A DNA stretch of 64,000 bases from positions 93,372,001 through 93,436,000 of the forward strand of contig OX597818.1 in assembly GCA_951406725.2 (NCBI GenBank), written 5' to 3'. The stretch is from Octopus vulgaris (taxonomy: Eukaryota). Below the pieces are notes generated by a model. It did no database searches. It was given only the letters and a program-made list of their open reading frames with translations, and was not told where the DNA came from. The position numbers and the translations under genes are program-made. This document shows, piece by piece, positions 50,166 to 63,155 of the stretch. Position 1 is the stretch's first letter, and each line of letters starts with the position of its first letter.

Positions 50166-52883
50166 TATATATATATATATATAATGTACAAGCCTGTGTG
50201 TGTTCCATATCTTTTTCTAGTATGCACCTAATATTGGATTTGAGGGCTAGAAGTTAGTAAAAGTGATGAAAAGGTATTGACAGTGATGTAGCTCTTATAT
50301 AGGATGGATTGAACACCACATTGCTACTGGAACTTTTAGATCTGTTGTGTAATCAAAGAAGGGGTATCATTGTAGTAATGTGTGTGTGAAGATTTCACAT
50401 AGACAAAGGCCAAAAACTATAGGGAAGAGATTTAGTTGACTGAATCAAGTACTGGTACTTAGTTTATGGTCTCATATTTTAGGACCTTACCAATGATAAT
50501 GATAACATTGTTTCAAATTTTGGCACAAGACCAGTGATTTTGAGGGGAAAAGTTGATTAATCAATACCTTTGACCCCAATATTTAACTGGTACCTAATTT
50601 TATCACCTCCATAAGGATGAAAGGCAAAGTTGACTTAAGTGGAATTTGAAATCTGAACATAAAGAGTTGGGCTGGAAGAAATATTGTTAAGCATTCTGTC
50701 CAACATGCTAACGATTCTGCCAGCTTGACACACAAGATATTTAGTCTGGCATACTACCACTTCTGCCATTCCACTACTGTAATGTATATGAAATCTGATC
50801 TAACCTGATTGTAAATACTTGTGTCATATTTGATCTCTGATTACCATACGTCATTATCATCAAGGCTGAATAATGTATTAGTACTGGTGATATTGTATAT
50901 CCTAGCACAAGTGGTTCTATTTTTCTGCCCTGTATTGCAATTGGTTCCAGTTTGACTTGCACTGCGTTAAAGTATATTACCTACAAGACTTCAATCTGGA
51001 ATTCAATATCTTCATCTCCCCTTTTCCTCCTCTTTCTATAGCTGACCAACCTGCACTGAATCTGAAAGTGAGATTGTTATCAGGATTGCTTCATATTTTT
51101 CTTCACTTGGTGTTTTTTCTTTCTTTGTTTCAGTAGTTTTTAACGTATATGTATATATTTCTTTATTTCCTTAGTGGGAAGACAATAATATTGTTTTATT
51201 AAAACAGATCAATGGAGCTGTTCATACTATTTCATTCGGTTGTTTGCTCTATTGTTTTTAATGTTTTAAGATCCATATTTATTATGCTGATGTGGATTTC
51301 ACATAAATCTTCTCATATTTCGGAAATATCAGCAAATGTACAAGTTGGCATGTTGACATGATGGTTGCTCCTTCTCCTGTTTATCGATTTGAATTTTCAT
51401 ACCATTTTATGAATCTCTTATTAAGAATGCAGAAATAGCAATTTTGCTAAATTGCCATATCTGCAGACATATAGGAGCCTTTGAAGGTGAAGTGAATGAA
51501 ATTCAAATGATACATATTGTGGTGCAATAGCGGAAACTATATTAAGTTCTTTTGACTAGGCACAAAATGATAAACCAATTTTTATAAGGAAACATTGACC
51601 CTAGTGTTCTATTGATCCCTGGGAGATGGAAAATATAATGATTCCAGTGTAGAACAGCAAATATATATTGCAAGAGTTACTTAACAAATCAACCATGTCC
51701 TGAATATACAATTTGAAAGACTGGAGAAGCCAATCCATTTCAGCCTTTGGTTGACTGCTAAATTCTTGTTGTTTGTTAATTGATCAAGTAAAAATTTTTC
51801 TTTTCTTTTTTATTAACCAAAATAAACAGCTTTTTCTTCTATCTCATGTAATTTAAGAAAGGAATATTGTCAGAAAATTGCTGTCTTCCAGATTTTTTTT
51901 ACAACAGTTTTATATATTGATGTGATATTCTAAGTTACATCTCTTGAATGTACTGAAATTTTTAACAAGTCTTTCTTTTCACCATCAACAAAATGTTTTG
52001 TGGAAGTGTGGTTTTAGTGGTTATGACACCTTATTTGACCATAGCCAATTGAATTGAACATTTCTCAGCAATTCCAAATCATTAAGCAATTTACTTTTTG
52101 CCAACTTTCACTAGATAGACCTCTTTTTCCAGGGATTATAGTCCCTTATTCTATCTATAAAGGTAACGAAAAAAAAAATTAACAAACTATTAAGGAATTA
52201 TGAAGGCAATTAATAAATATTAAAACCTATTTTCATTAGGCCAATTTAGCAATATTACAAATGAAATAGTTTATAATTATTTTTTATGCTAATTTTATTC
52301 AGCAGATCTTCTGAGGGTTTTTTTTGTCTTTTTTGTATGCTGATATAGGTTTGAATGACTCTGTTGACATACATCTGTTTTTTATCAGTGATGTGTGTCT
52401 TAATGTCATGCAACCCTACCTCACCATGTCTTCCCTTCCTGCATTCTATGTTTGTCATAAAATCTTCTCTGCTCAGAAGATTGGAAATGGACACTGCTTG
52501 TATGACAGCCACACTCATTTATAACTATCACATGATGTCAATACAAAGACACACACACACACACACAGTATAATATATATACCTTGCTGGTAATTTTGGT
52601 TATATCCTTTAAGTATCATTTCGTGATGTGCAAACTGATACCATGAGTTTACTTTCAGATATACTCATTAGGTTATTTTTTGTATTATCTGATATAGAAT
52701 ACCTGCATATTGATTAATCCACCAAAACTGAATCAATATTGACTTTTATCAGATACTTTGTATATCTCTAGATAAATATATAAATATATGATAAATAAGA
52801 CCCCAAGATACGATATGTAAATGCATATAATGCTGAAGGATTGTGCCTGATTGATTTGGAAATTTGTTTTCCAAATTATTTAG

Positions 52884-52929
<46 letters not shown>

Positions 52930-52930
<1 letters not shown>

Positions 52931-53450
52931 TTGAAGAAACTTGTCCAGAAACAGTTGCAGATGACAGAATCTTTTTCTTTGATTTGCTTTGGTATAATGT
53001 TAAATAGGGCAGGGCCTGTTGAGGAAAAGAAATTGTGTTGCAGTGTATTGCGTAAGGAGCGTATGGCTTGTGAACCTAGACTTGGGTGAATCATGAATTT
53101 GATGTTAAGATCATTTGGGCAATGCTAATGGTATATTCTCCACATTGTGCAAATGCTCGTGGCATTATAAAGAATACAGTTTCAATATTTTAAGAGTGGT
53201 CCCAATAATCAAGATCAGTCATGCTTTTTATTTTTCTAGTACTTGTTCTCTGGGGTGACTCATCTCTTGCACTGTTGTGTTTGGTGTAGGAGACCACAGA
53301 TGGTGGCAGTTTTCTAGGTACAGCTGTACAAAGGAGGAGGAAAGGGAAATGATGACATCTTGCTCTCTGAGCTGGACAGTTCTGAGGAGCCAGCAGCTCA
53401 TCTTGCAAGCCATATCGACTCATTGTTGATGTGAGTACTTCAGCTGAGAT
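52930..53450 (-). mobile_element. CR1/L2-type LINE ORF2 3' fragment
   Basis: Minus-strand fragments LYLENCHHLWSP, KIKSMTDLDYWDH and HNFFSSTGPALFNIIPKQIK match the post-RT motifs LEY...WSP, L.Y..RL and F....P.L(W/F)N.LP. Confidence 0.75.
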
Positions 53451-53469
53451 TGTTGTCTACTATTTATTT

Positions 53470-53682
53470 ATTTATTTATTGTCCACAAGGGGCTAAACAT
53501 AGATGGGACAAGCAAAGACAAAGGGATTAAGTCGATTACATCAACCCCAGTGCATAACTGGTACTTTGTTTATCAACCCCGAAAGGATGAAAGGCAAAGT
53601 CAACCTCAGCGGAATTTGAACTCAGAACGTAATGGCAGACGAAATACCGCTAAGCATTTCGCCCAGCGTGCTAACGATTCTA
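53470..53682 (-). mobile_element. SINE family B, near full length
   Basis: High identity to 2416-2643 including the tail (cacaaggggctaaaca), next to (TATT)n. Confidence 0.85.
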
Positions 53683-56600
53683 AGTCCCTAATATTATTGG
53701 ATGTTGTGTGTGAGTAGTTTCGTTGAAGGAAGAGAATATGTTACTTGAACACATTCTCTTTCCCAAAGTGCATCAGTTAAAATTTCCCCTCGGTATATTT
53801 ATGCCTGGTAATTTACCTTAATGGTTCTAAAGAGATGAAATACAGAGACAATTCTAATGAGGTTTGAACTCAGAACATGCAAAAATAACACTAAATATTC
53901 CTCACTAAATCATTTTGTGCATCACCATTCTTCTAATCTTTTACAAGTATGTTCTAGTTAAGGTATTGTTGTCACTCTTCAATATACTTTTGAGTCGGTG
54001 TTGGGGGAGGGAGAGTTTTATATCCCTAACTTATCAGTTCAAATCCTATCAAGGTCAGCTTTGCCTTTTATCCTTTCATAGTCAATAAAATTATTCTCAG
54101 CATTTACAAAGTATAAAATCAACACATTATCTAAGAGGCATAATTGTTTATCTTTCCCATCACACCCAATGATGCTTCTCTATATATTTATATAGTGTTG
54201 TGTGGGTGTGTGTTTAATTCCAACATACATATAAGTAAATTGACTGGTGATTTAAGGAGTTTGTATTTTTACTGGTTGCAGAGGTAATTTATAGAAAGTT
54301 TAAATCATGATTTCCTCAATTTCATGCTGTGGGAAAGTGACCTTTTAATTATATCACACGTTTCTTTTTTTTTTTTTATGGCTTATCTAAACTTTGATGA
54401 GTCATTGGCCCTTACTATAACATTTCAGAAACAAAATTCTGTGACTGATATAGCGAACGTGTTTCATATGGAATTGTTTGTTGGTGGAAAAATGTGAAGG
54501 AAATCAGTTAGGCTTTTGTTTGTGATATGGTTCCAGTTATTTATCTATACATCTTCATCTAAACTAGTTTGTTTCACATAGTTTTTACTTCTTTCTGCTA
54601 ATAGTTCTGCTGGAGAATTAAACAATTCATACCTCTTAATAACAAAGATCATCAACATCGTTTTTTACATCCATTTCTTCATGCTGGCATGGGTTAGACA
54701 AAACTTATTGAAACAGATTTTCTACAGCTGCATGTTTTCCAGTCACCTAGCTCCACTTGTTTTTAAAAAATTGGCATTTTCCATTCCACTGCTTTACATG
54801 TGCCCACTGTACTACAGGAAATTTGTTTATTAGAGAATGTGAACAATATCACTGTTTTCTTTTCTTTTTTTTTACTAACACAGTGAGGACACATGGAGTT
54901 AATATTCACACATGTGCTCTCACTCACTCACACAACACACATGTTTTAATACAGTTTCCATGTACCTGTTCCACTCACAAGGCATTGACCAGACTGAGGC
55001 TATAGTTCTTCTGCTATGACACATGGCCAAGATGCCATGCAGTGGGACTAAACCCAAAAGCACTTGGTTACAAAATATCATATAAAATCCATTCTGTCTG
55101 TCTGAGTGTGTGTCTTCTAGGATCTCGGACATCCTCCATCTGATTGTGCTCAAATTTGATATGTAGATACCAATGGTATCAGGGCGTGTATAAGTCTTGA
55201 AAAAATTACAAAAATTGATTCCAGGTGAGAATGCAATCGATAAAGTGAATAAAATCGTTTTTCTTTGGAATAGAAAAAAAGTCTATCTTTATTTCTTCTT
55301 TTGCTGGTGTCTCAAATTTAGGTTAAATCAGTGTTTCTCAAAGGGGACACCTATGGGATGGTTGGACAAGTTGTTTTGAGAAAATTTGGTTTAAATGTTT
55401 GACAACTCAGCACCGTCCATTGGACAGGGGGTGTTTTGCTCGTACTTCATTACCACACAGCCATGTCTGCACTTGTAGTGTTTAATTTTTTAGGTTGCTT
55501 ACTGATAGTACATTATAGAATATATCAGTTGAAAGTGAGAGAATCTCCAGCTGTCTTGTTAAATGGTATGAAGCGGTAAACACACTGCAGGTTTTCTCAA
55601 ACAAATTAACTTAAAGATTAGAATTAGTCTTGGTCTTAGGGGGAATTCACATCAAGCTGAGTAAAATGAGAGTAAATTTACAAATCTAATCACAGACTAA
55701 CATACATGTTGTTCTATCTACCTCCAAATTACCACATTACAACACAATTTAACTCAAAGCAGACTAGGGCCCCAAACAAAAAATTCTAACATAGGCCTTC
55801 ACTTAAAAGAAACACTATCCAAAAATTTAATATTAAAATTTTTTCTAACTTCCAACTATATGAAATGGGTATGAGATGTGACTAGATCTGTGTAAGATTC
55901 ACTGGAATTATGACCAAATCTAATATTTCTGTTTAAGATACAACTATCTTTATAGTGGAAACATTCCTTGGTTCTTGGCTCCTCATCACTAGACTGCCAG
56001 TACATATGCTATTGACACCAGGCTAAAATTTCTTGCAGGAAAACTAAGCACTCAATCGAACCAGCATTTCCAGCCACAGGCTAACACTTAAGAAGGAAAA
56101 AAAGAACCTGCCCCATCTGCCACACTTCATATTAAAATTTTTGCTTAATTTTTTTGTCCCTAAAATTTAAATTCTATATAACTTACTCCCCCTCCCCGTC
56201 TTTTCTCTAGTCTGGAAAGTCTATGGATACTCGCCCTGTCTCTCTACACTAACTTAAATGCTGAAATATGAAGAAATTGCAAGTGAATAGTGTCAATGGT
56301 CTCAACAAACCACTGAGATGTTTGTCATGTTTTACTGTAACATTAATAATTTTTTTTTTTAAGTATTATCCATTACTTTCTTTTGAATGGTGTTATGAAG
56401 ATTTTCCAAGAAAGCTGTAAACTCTAATTCCTTAGTCATTAAGTATCATCCAAACCTAGCATCATTTCCCTTTAGATACTATTTATATCTTGAAGTACTT
56501 TTATTCTCCTAATTACAATTAATTCACCAATAAACATCGCTATTTGAATTGTCATAATTTTTTATAACTTTTTATGGTAAACTTAACATCTATATTTCAC

Positions 56601-56881
56601 GGAAATCCTGTTTTCTTGCTTTGCTCTCCAGATCCTGGAAGATTTCTCGTTTGTATAAATTGCCTATTCCATCTTGAAATAATCAGACTTAGAAAACAGC
56701 CTATTGATTGAACATGACAGGAGATAACGTTAGTATGAGAGTCCCTACTTTAGATTTAGTGAGGAAATGGCTAGCTAAAAACCGGATAACTGCTATGACG
56801 CTAACTCACCAATCCTACTTTGATTTACCTCTACATGCTCCTGTAAATATGTTTAGTAATTCTTGATTTTGTCTTTTTCAG

Positions 56882-56942
56882 AAAGCTCGATCATTGCCTG
56901 GCACCCCAGCAGATGAAATGCAGCATAGCTTTCACTCTCAAG
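56882..56942 (+). CDS. FAM107B: FAM107-family gene, upstream coding exon (61 nt)
   Basis: Strong acceptor ttttgtctttttcag| and donor AAG|gtaaga. Reads KARSLPGTPADEMQHSFHSQ plus a G that completes GAA (Glu) with the first bases of exon 58951. Confidence 0.75.
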
Positions 56943-58950
56943 GTAAGATAATGTTTTATTTCACCTTTGGTCAAACTATAAAATCTGGACAGGATAGATT
57001 AACATTTTAATTGATACTACACATATTCTGCTTTTGTTTTATTTACAAACCATTCATCTCTGATTTATTTGCTAGACACCATCCTCCTGCTGTTTTCTGA
57101 ATGTCGTTAAATTACTTGACATCTTTTGACCTTATTTAAGTCATGTATGCTATTTATAAAACTTAGATTAATATTTTTGATTTATAGATAATTGCTGCAA
57201 CTGATTTTATCAGCCACCTCCACAGTATATCTATAGCATTTATTTACAAGAAAAAACTGTTCTTTTCACTTGTTTCTTAATTGACTAAATAGTTTAAACT
57301 ATTACGGGGATTATTTTTAAACTGAATTATTTCACGAACACTGATATTTGTAAGTATAAAATACTGCTTAGCCAACACCTTACCTAACTTTTATACTTTC
57401 TTATGCTTGGCTATTTTTGATATGTTTCCGAGAAGCCTTTCATATATTTGTTTGCATTTCATTATCATCATCACCACATTTGTTTTTTTGTGCCGGCTAA
57501 TTGAAATATCTGCAATACATCTGTATGCATTTTTATTATAATGTATATCATTCTATATGTGATGTCCAGACAGCTGCATCTGTAACTTAACCATTTTGTC
57601 ACAAAAATTTCTCCATCTACTTTTATGCTCTTAATTTGCTATATATTTTCTTGAAACAGTCATCATTTACTTGCATTACTACTAACTTACCCTGTGCCCT
57701 GCTAGTTTCACTTTTATAGACTTATTCTGGATCAATTTACAGGCTACTTCAGTTGAACATACTACCTTTGTTTCACACACACATCTTTGCATTTCTATAT
57801 TTGGTTATGTCTTTGTGTTTGTGTACATATTGTTTAGGTTTAATTATTATCATATTTGTATAGTTATGAGCACTTAATTATGATAAAACATACCAGTACT
57901 GCCTGACTGGCATATAAAAAGCACCATTCAAGCGTGACTGATGCCAGTGTCACCTAACTGGCTCCCATGCCAGTGGCACATAAAAGCACCCACTTACACT
58001 CTTGGAGTGGTTGGTATTAGGAAGAGCATTCAGCTATAGAAACCTTGCCAAATCAGATTGGAACCTGGTGTAGACTCCTGGCTTACCAGTTCTTAGTCAA
58101 ACCGTCTAACCCATACCAGCATGGAAAACAAACGTTAAATGACAATGATGATTTAGTTTATAAACAATAGTTTCTACTTCTTGAGAAAAAGTATTTGATA
58201 TCTGTTTGATGTCTTGTAATAATATTAATGTATAGGCACATGTATGGCTGCATGGTTAAGAAGATTGCTTCCCAACCACAGTTTTGTATTCAATTCCATT
58301 GCACAGCAACATGGACAAATGGTACCAGGCCAACCAAAGCCTTGTGAGTTGAACTGGTTGATGTAAACTGCGAGAAACCCATTACTTGTATGTGTCTTTT
58401 ATGTATGTGACATTATACGATAATTACAAATAAGCATCACCATTATATAAGCGATGTGGTTTGTTTCCAACCTGTGCCCAAAATGTCATGTGGTTGGGTC
58501 TGCAAATTTCTTAACCACTCAACCATGCCTACAGCTGATTGTAAACAAGAAGTCACCATTCATACAAATGGTGTCATTTGTTAAGATTTCTCTGTAAAAG
58601 CATGTCCAGATATTTGTTGTTAGCTAGACTTAAAGAAACAGGTGAGGTTTGGCAACTGGAGGAGCAATCAATCATAGAAAAATACACTTCATCAAAGTTA
58701 TTGTGTGACCCATGCAAGCATGGAAAAGTGGAACTAAAGACATTGAATCATCATCACAATTTAATGTCTGTCTTCCATGCTGGCATGGGTTAGATAAATA
58801 ATAAATATTACACCAAAACTTTATTTATCTTTGTGATCATATTATTCCGCAATTTCTAGTTTCAAACTGTTATAGAGATATCTTTTTGTTTTTCTTCTTT
58901 ATACATGTTATCTAGTTGCCTAAAATGTCATTGTTGTTATTGTTACACAG

Positions 58951-59113
58951 AAAATATCTTCATGGAGCCACATCCTGACTATCTGAATGAAGATATATAC
59001 CCAGCTTCAGATGAAGAAAATGGTTTAGTACAACCTAAAAAACTGGTCAACCCTTGTATTCTGTCCAAAGAACGCCGCGATTTGCACAAAGAACTTTTAC
59101 TTAATCACAGATT
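58951..59113 (+). CDS. FAM107B: FAM107-family (DUF1151) protein, internal coding exon
   Basis: Acceptor ...tgttacacag|, donor TT|gtaagt. Encodes (E)NIFMEPHPDYLNEDIYPASDEENGLVQPKKLVNPCILSKERRDLHKELLLNHRL, which resembles the vertebrate FAM107 motif PDY...LIxPxKLxNP...DLHxELLxN. The symbol denotes the family; an invertebrate gene is probably co-orthologous to FAM107A and FAM107B. Confidence 0.92.
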
Positions 59114-59137
59114 GTAAGTTATTTGTATCATTATTAT

Positions 59138-59169
<32 letters not shown>

Positions 59170-59174
59170 ACTAT

Positions 59175-60838
59175 TTTGTTCTACAATTCTGCCAATCCAC
59201 CAAGTATTGCATTGGTTTGATTGACTTTAACTATCAACAGAATTTGTCATGTGACAATATCAATCATTAAGTATCATTACAGTGACAAAATGCTTAGTGG
59301 TATTTCTTCAGGGTCAGTAAAATAAAGAACCAATCAATTAACCCCTTCCATGCTAAAATTGGTGGCCTTGTGCCAAAATTTGAAACCTTTATTAATTTCA
59401 TTAATATTATTATTCAGACTAGAGACTAGAGTTGTAATGGTTGTTTTTAAGTTATCTAGTTTCAAAGCTAAAGTTCAAAACTGGAGTTTCAAAAGTGTTA
59501 CTTGCCTATACCCATCCATTATTAGGATCAGTGAAATCAAATGTACCTCTTCCCAGCTAACCTTGTGCCAGTGTTAGAAATCAATAGTATACTGAGATAG
59601 TTCAATGGACAAAATGCCATACAATATTCAACTACATATCTTTGGGGTTATTAAAATTAGTGCCAGTCAAGTACTAGGTCAATATAATCAACCATACTTC
59701 TCTCCTAAAATTTGTGGTCCTATGCTTTTGTCTGAAATCTGGGATGGATCCACAAATTATACCTAAGTAATTCAAATTAACATCCTTTCCAGATTCTGAT
59801 CTTCAGAGGTCAAGAATTCAGAAGTTAGGAAGTTGTCCTTAGTCATTAGTTTCTAAATTCATATATCACTTTTTGTCCCAGTGAAAATCATAAATATTCA
59901 AATTTAATAGGTCAGATCAATATTGTATGTTGGCCATATTACTGGTATGTAGTGAATGCAAGTTGATTAGGTTAAGGTAAGGTGGTTGTCAAAATATTGG
60001 TATGGGACAGGAGTTATTGATCAGATCATTAGAATAAAATTGATGTGATTGATTTATTCAGATAGATCAAACTAGTATGTTTGGACAGCATTTCGATGTT
60101 GTTGTGCAATGTAATTATAATATGATATACGTTTTTGTATTCTTACTTCAGAGGTAAAAATGTCTTGAAGAAATCCGAACTGCAAAAAGTAATGCAGCAG
60201 AGGAAAGAAGTGCAACGAAGGAAAGAATGGGACGAACACAAAATTGTTAACAAACGGAATAGTCTAGAATTGATGTTAGAAGAAAGGAAAAATAAAATTA
60301 CACAGGTAAGGAAGAATCAGATTACTTCAGTCCTCTTCTTCATTCACTATATTTTGCTATGTTGCACTTACTGCTGTTTAACTTTCATAGAAACATGGTC
60401 TGTCCTTTAAGCTTGGGTTCAGTGTAATATAAAAGGTTATTCCTAGTCTGGATATTGGTGTATTGTCACAATTAAGTAGAGTAAAATTCTTTGTCATTCA
60501 GGAGATTGGTCTGTATGAGATTTTTCACTGTTAGTCTCTCAAATGTTGGTGGTTGTTCCAAGAATTTATTCAATTCACCCTTGACAAATTTTATGTCTTT
60601 GTTCTTTGATTTGGACATTTTCAATTTGTTCTACAATTCTGCCAATCCACCAAGTATTGCATTGGTTTGATTGACTTTAACTATCAACAGAATTTGTCAT
60701 GTGACAATATCAATCATTAAGGCTACAAGTGGAGAGTATCACTACAGTGACAAAATGCTTAGTGGTATTTCTTCGGGGTCAGTAAAATAAAGAACCAATC
60801 AATTAACCCCTTCCATGCTAAAATTGGTAGCCTTGTGC
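59175..60838 (+). repeat. Pair of near-identical about 200-bp direct repeats (59175-59373 and 60625-60838)
   Basis: Identical for the first about 95 bp. Thereafter there are a few substitutions and an about 15-bp segment present only in the second copy. Confidence 0.9.
60152..60305 (+). CDS. FAM107B: FAM107-family protein, coiled-coil exon
   Basis: Acceptor tcttacttcag|, donor CAG|gtaag. Phase 2 matches the previous exon (TT+A = Leu). Encodes GKNVLKKSELQKVMQQRKEVQRRKEWDEHKIVNKRNSLELMLEERKNKITQ, matching the FAM107 'ELQKVM..RK...LE.EL..R..K' pattern. Confidence 0.92.
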
Positions 60839-60983
60839 TAACAGTAACAGTAAGTTTTTCCAGCAAAAATGTTTGTCAAATGCAATTGGAGTAGTAGAAT
60901 TACATTGACTAAACATTATTTCACTAAATTCTATTTAGCTACCAAACTTCCTTGCTAATCCTTTTTTTTTAAATTCAGTTTCC

Positions 60984-61637
60984 TTAGCCCTTTAGCATCT
61001 AAACTCACCATATCCAGCTCAAATATTCTACCTGTTTTATGTTCTAAGTAGCCGGATCCAGCTTCTCATAACTATACTTACAATGTCATTCTAAGAGTAA
61101 ACACCATTGAAGTCTCAAAGCTACAAGGCTTTATGATTAATTCAAAACAAAGTGAATAAATAAGCATATAAGATGAAAACCATGCCAAAACAGACCTCAC
61201 CAGTACTGGTGCCACATAAAAAGCACCCAGTCCACTTAGTAAAGTGGTTGGCATTAGGAAGAATATTCAGCCATAAAGACCATGCCAAAACAGACAGTGG
61301 GGTTTGGTGTAGTATTCTGGCTTGCCAGTTCCTACAAAACTGTCCAATCCATGCCAGCATGGAAAACAGAAACTAAATGATGATGATTTGACAGAGTAAT
61401 TTGAATGTTAACAGATTAAAAGAAAGTTACCCTTTGATACCATCCTACGTGAGGCAACCTCTAGTTGAATGGTACAATTGTCCTGTTTTAAAGTGATGTT
61501 AATTATACCATTCAGTGTTAATTTGTTTCAAACATCAGCTTAATAACAAATTTACTTTAATAAAATCTTCACTGATTTTTTTAAATTAATTGAAATAAAG
61601 GCAGTGTACTTCAACAGAAATATAACAAAAGGGCTAA
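60984..61637. mobile_element. MITE B (60984-61418, interrupted by an RTE tail) followed by an inverted MITE A (about 61427-61637)
   Basis: ttagccctttagcatctaaac...tttgaatgttaacagattaa, then gttaccctttgatacc...aacaaaagggctaa. Confidence 0.65.
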
Positions 61638-63155
61638 CTCTCACTGTGCTGATGAAATTTGTTTTGTATTCTGACATGCAGATACTGAATTTTACAGACC
61701 AATAAAATGTGCATATTACAATGAAATGTGGAGAATTCCAGAAAGTACCCCATTATCAAAAACAGGTTAACTCAATTCTTGTGCTCATGCCTGGAACTGC
61801 GTATCCTCAGCTCCTGTACTGTATGAGCTAAGTACCTGTAGAGTAACTTTTTGTATGCATTTTGTTATTGTGCAATGCATATATTGGCAGTTATACTTTG
61901 CACATATATTGGTAATGAGTTATACATATTGACACTCGTACTGTATACATGTATTGGAGGTTGAGGGATAGGAAATAAGAAAGGTGAACATCACTTAATC
62001 AGGTTTATTTATCACTTGAAATATATATGTAGTTGATTTGATTGTAATGTAAAAATATATGATTACTTTTCACTAGGGTCAACAGCATAGCAAGAACTTG
62101 TTTATCAGTCCCAGAATTAGTGATCCCCCTCCCTAGATTTGAATTGAACTCAGAAAAACAGACCTAGATATTGTAATAATTTAGTTAAGCTACTTATTCA
62201 GCACTCTTTTAACTGAGTTGATCTCAGTACAGTGTTGGTTTAAATTTTATAAGATCACTGTTAACTGACCCCCTGCAAGATTTAAACTCAGAGCTAAATA
62301 CATCATGAAATTTTGTTCACATCATCTTCAGGATTCCAAGTTGATATAAAATATCAGCTACAGCTAACTGTATTAATGCCACAGTAGTATTCAAGCTTCC
62401 TTAATTTGCACCATTTCTTTGTTGCTGTATTTCAAAATGTCAGGACTCATGAAAGTTTTATCTGTAGATGATTGATGTTTACTTCAGCTGGCAATTCTCC
62501 AACAGACTCTTGCTAACCCTGAATATTAATAATCAATATATCTGCTACAGTGAGTGGTGCTGTTGGTATTATTTGGGAGCCTGACTTCAACTTTCACATA
62601 TTGTGGATGTAAGAGTAAGGTGTTCATATAACACTACTTATTGAATGAATGGTCATAAGTTCCAACTACTGTTGTGTCCTGAGTGGATAAGACAGTTTAG
62701 TTTTGGAAAATTTAGAAGAAAAGAAGCAGTATCGATCTTATGTTTTACCCTTGTTCAAAAATAGTCACTCCTCAGTTGAATATCTAGCCATATAGCAAGA
62801 GAACAGGATTTTTGACCAGAGGAAAAATTTCCTGTTATGCAGAGATCCAGTTTCACTAATGCTTACATGGAAATGGATGTTGAGCTATACCAAGCCCTTA
62901 TTTAATGTTTTCTTACTCCAAGGTTCACTGTTGTATTAAGAAACTTATCTATATTCTAGACTTGACAAACACATATGTTATGCCTTGACTGCCAACTACT
63001 ACATATTTATGTTATATAATTATGTAATCAGAAAAAAAGAAATGACTGAACTTCCATAGGTTAAAGTCGGTTGGTAGGTCAACAGGAAAGATTGTGTAGT
63101 GTAGAATCGGGAGGTATGATACAGTTATACCCTAGGTTTACTTAATCAGCGAACA

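Noticed and set aside
14003-56724. Shared 14-mer aacatgacaggaga at about 14003 and 56711
   Set aside because: Matches of this length are expected by chance in 64 kb of AT-rich DNA, and the flanks do not extend.
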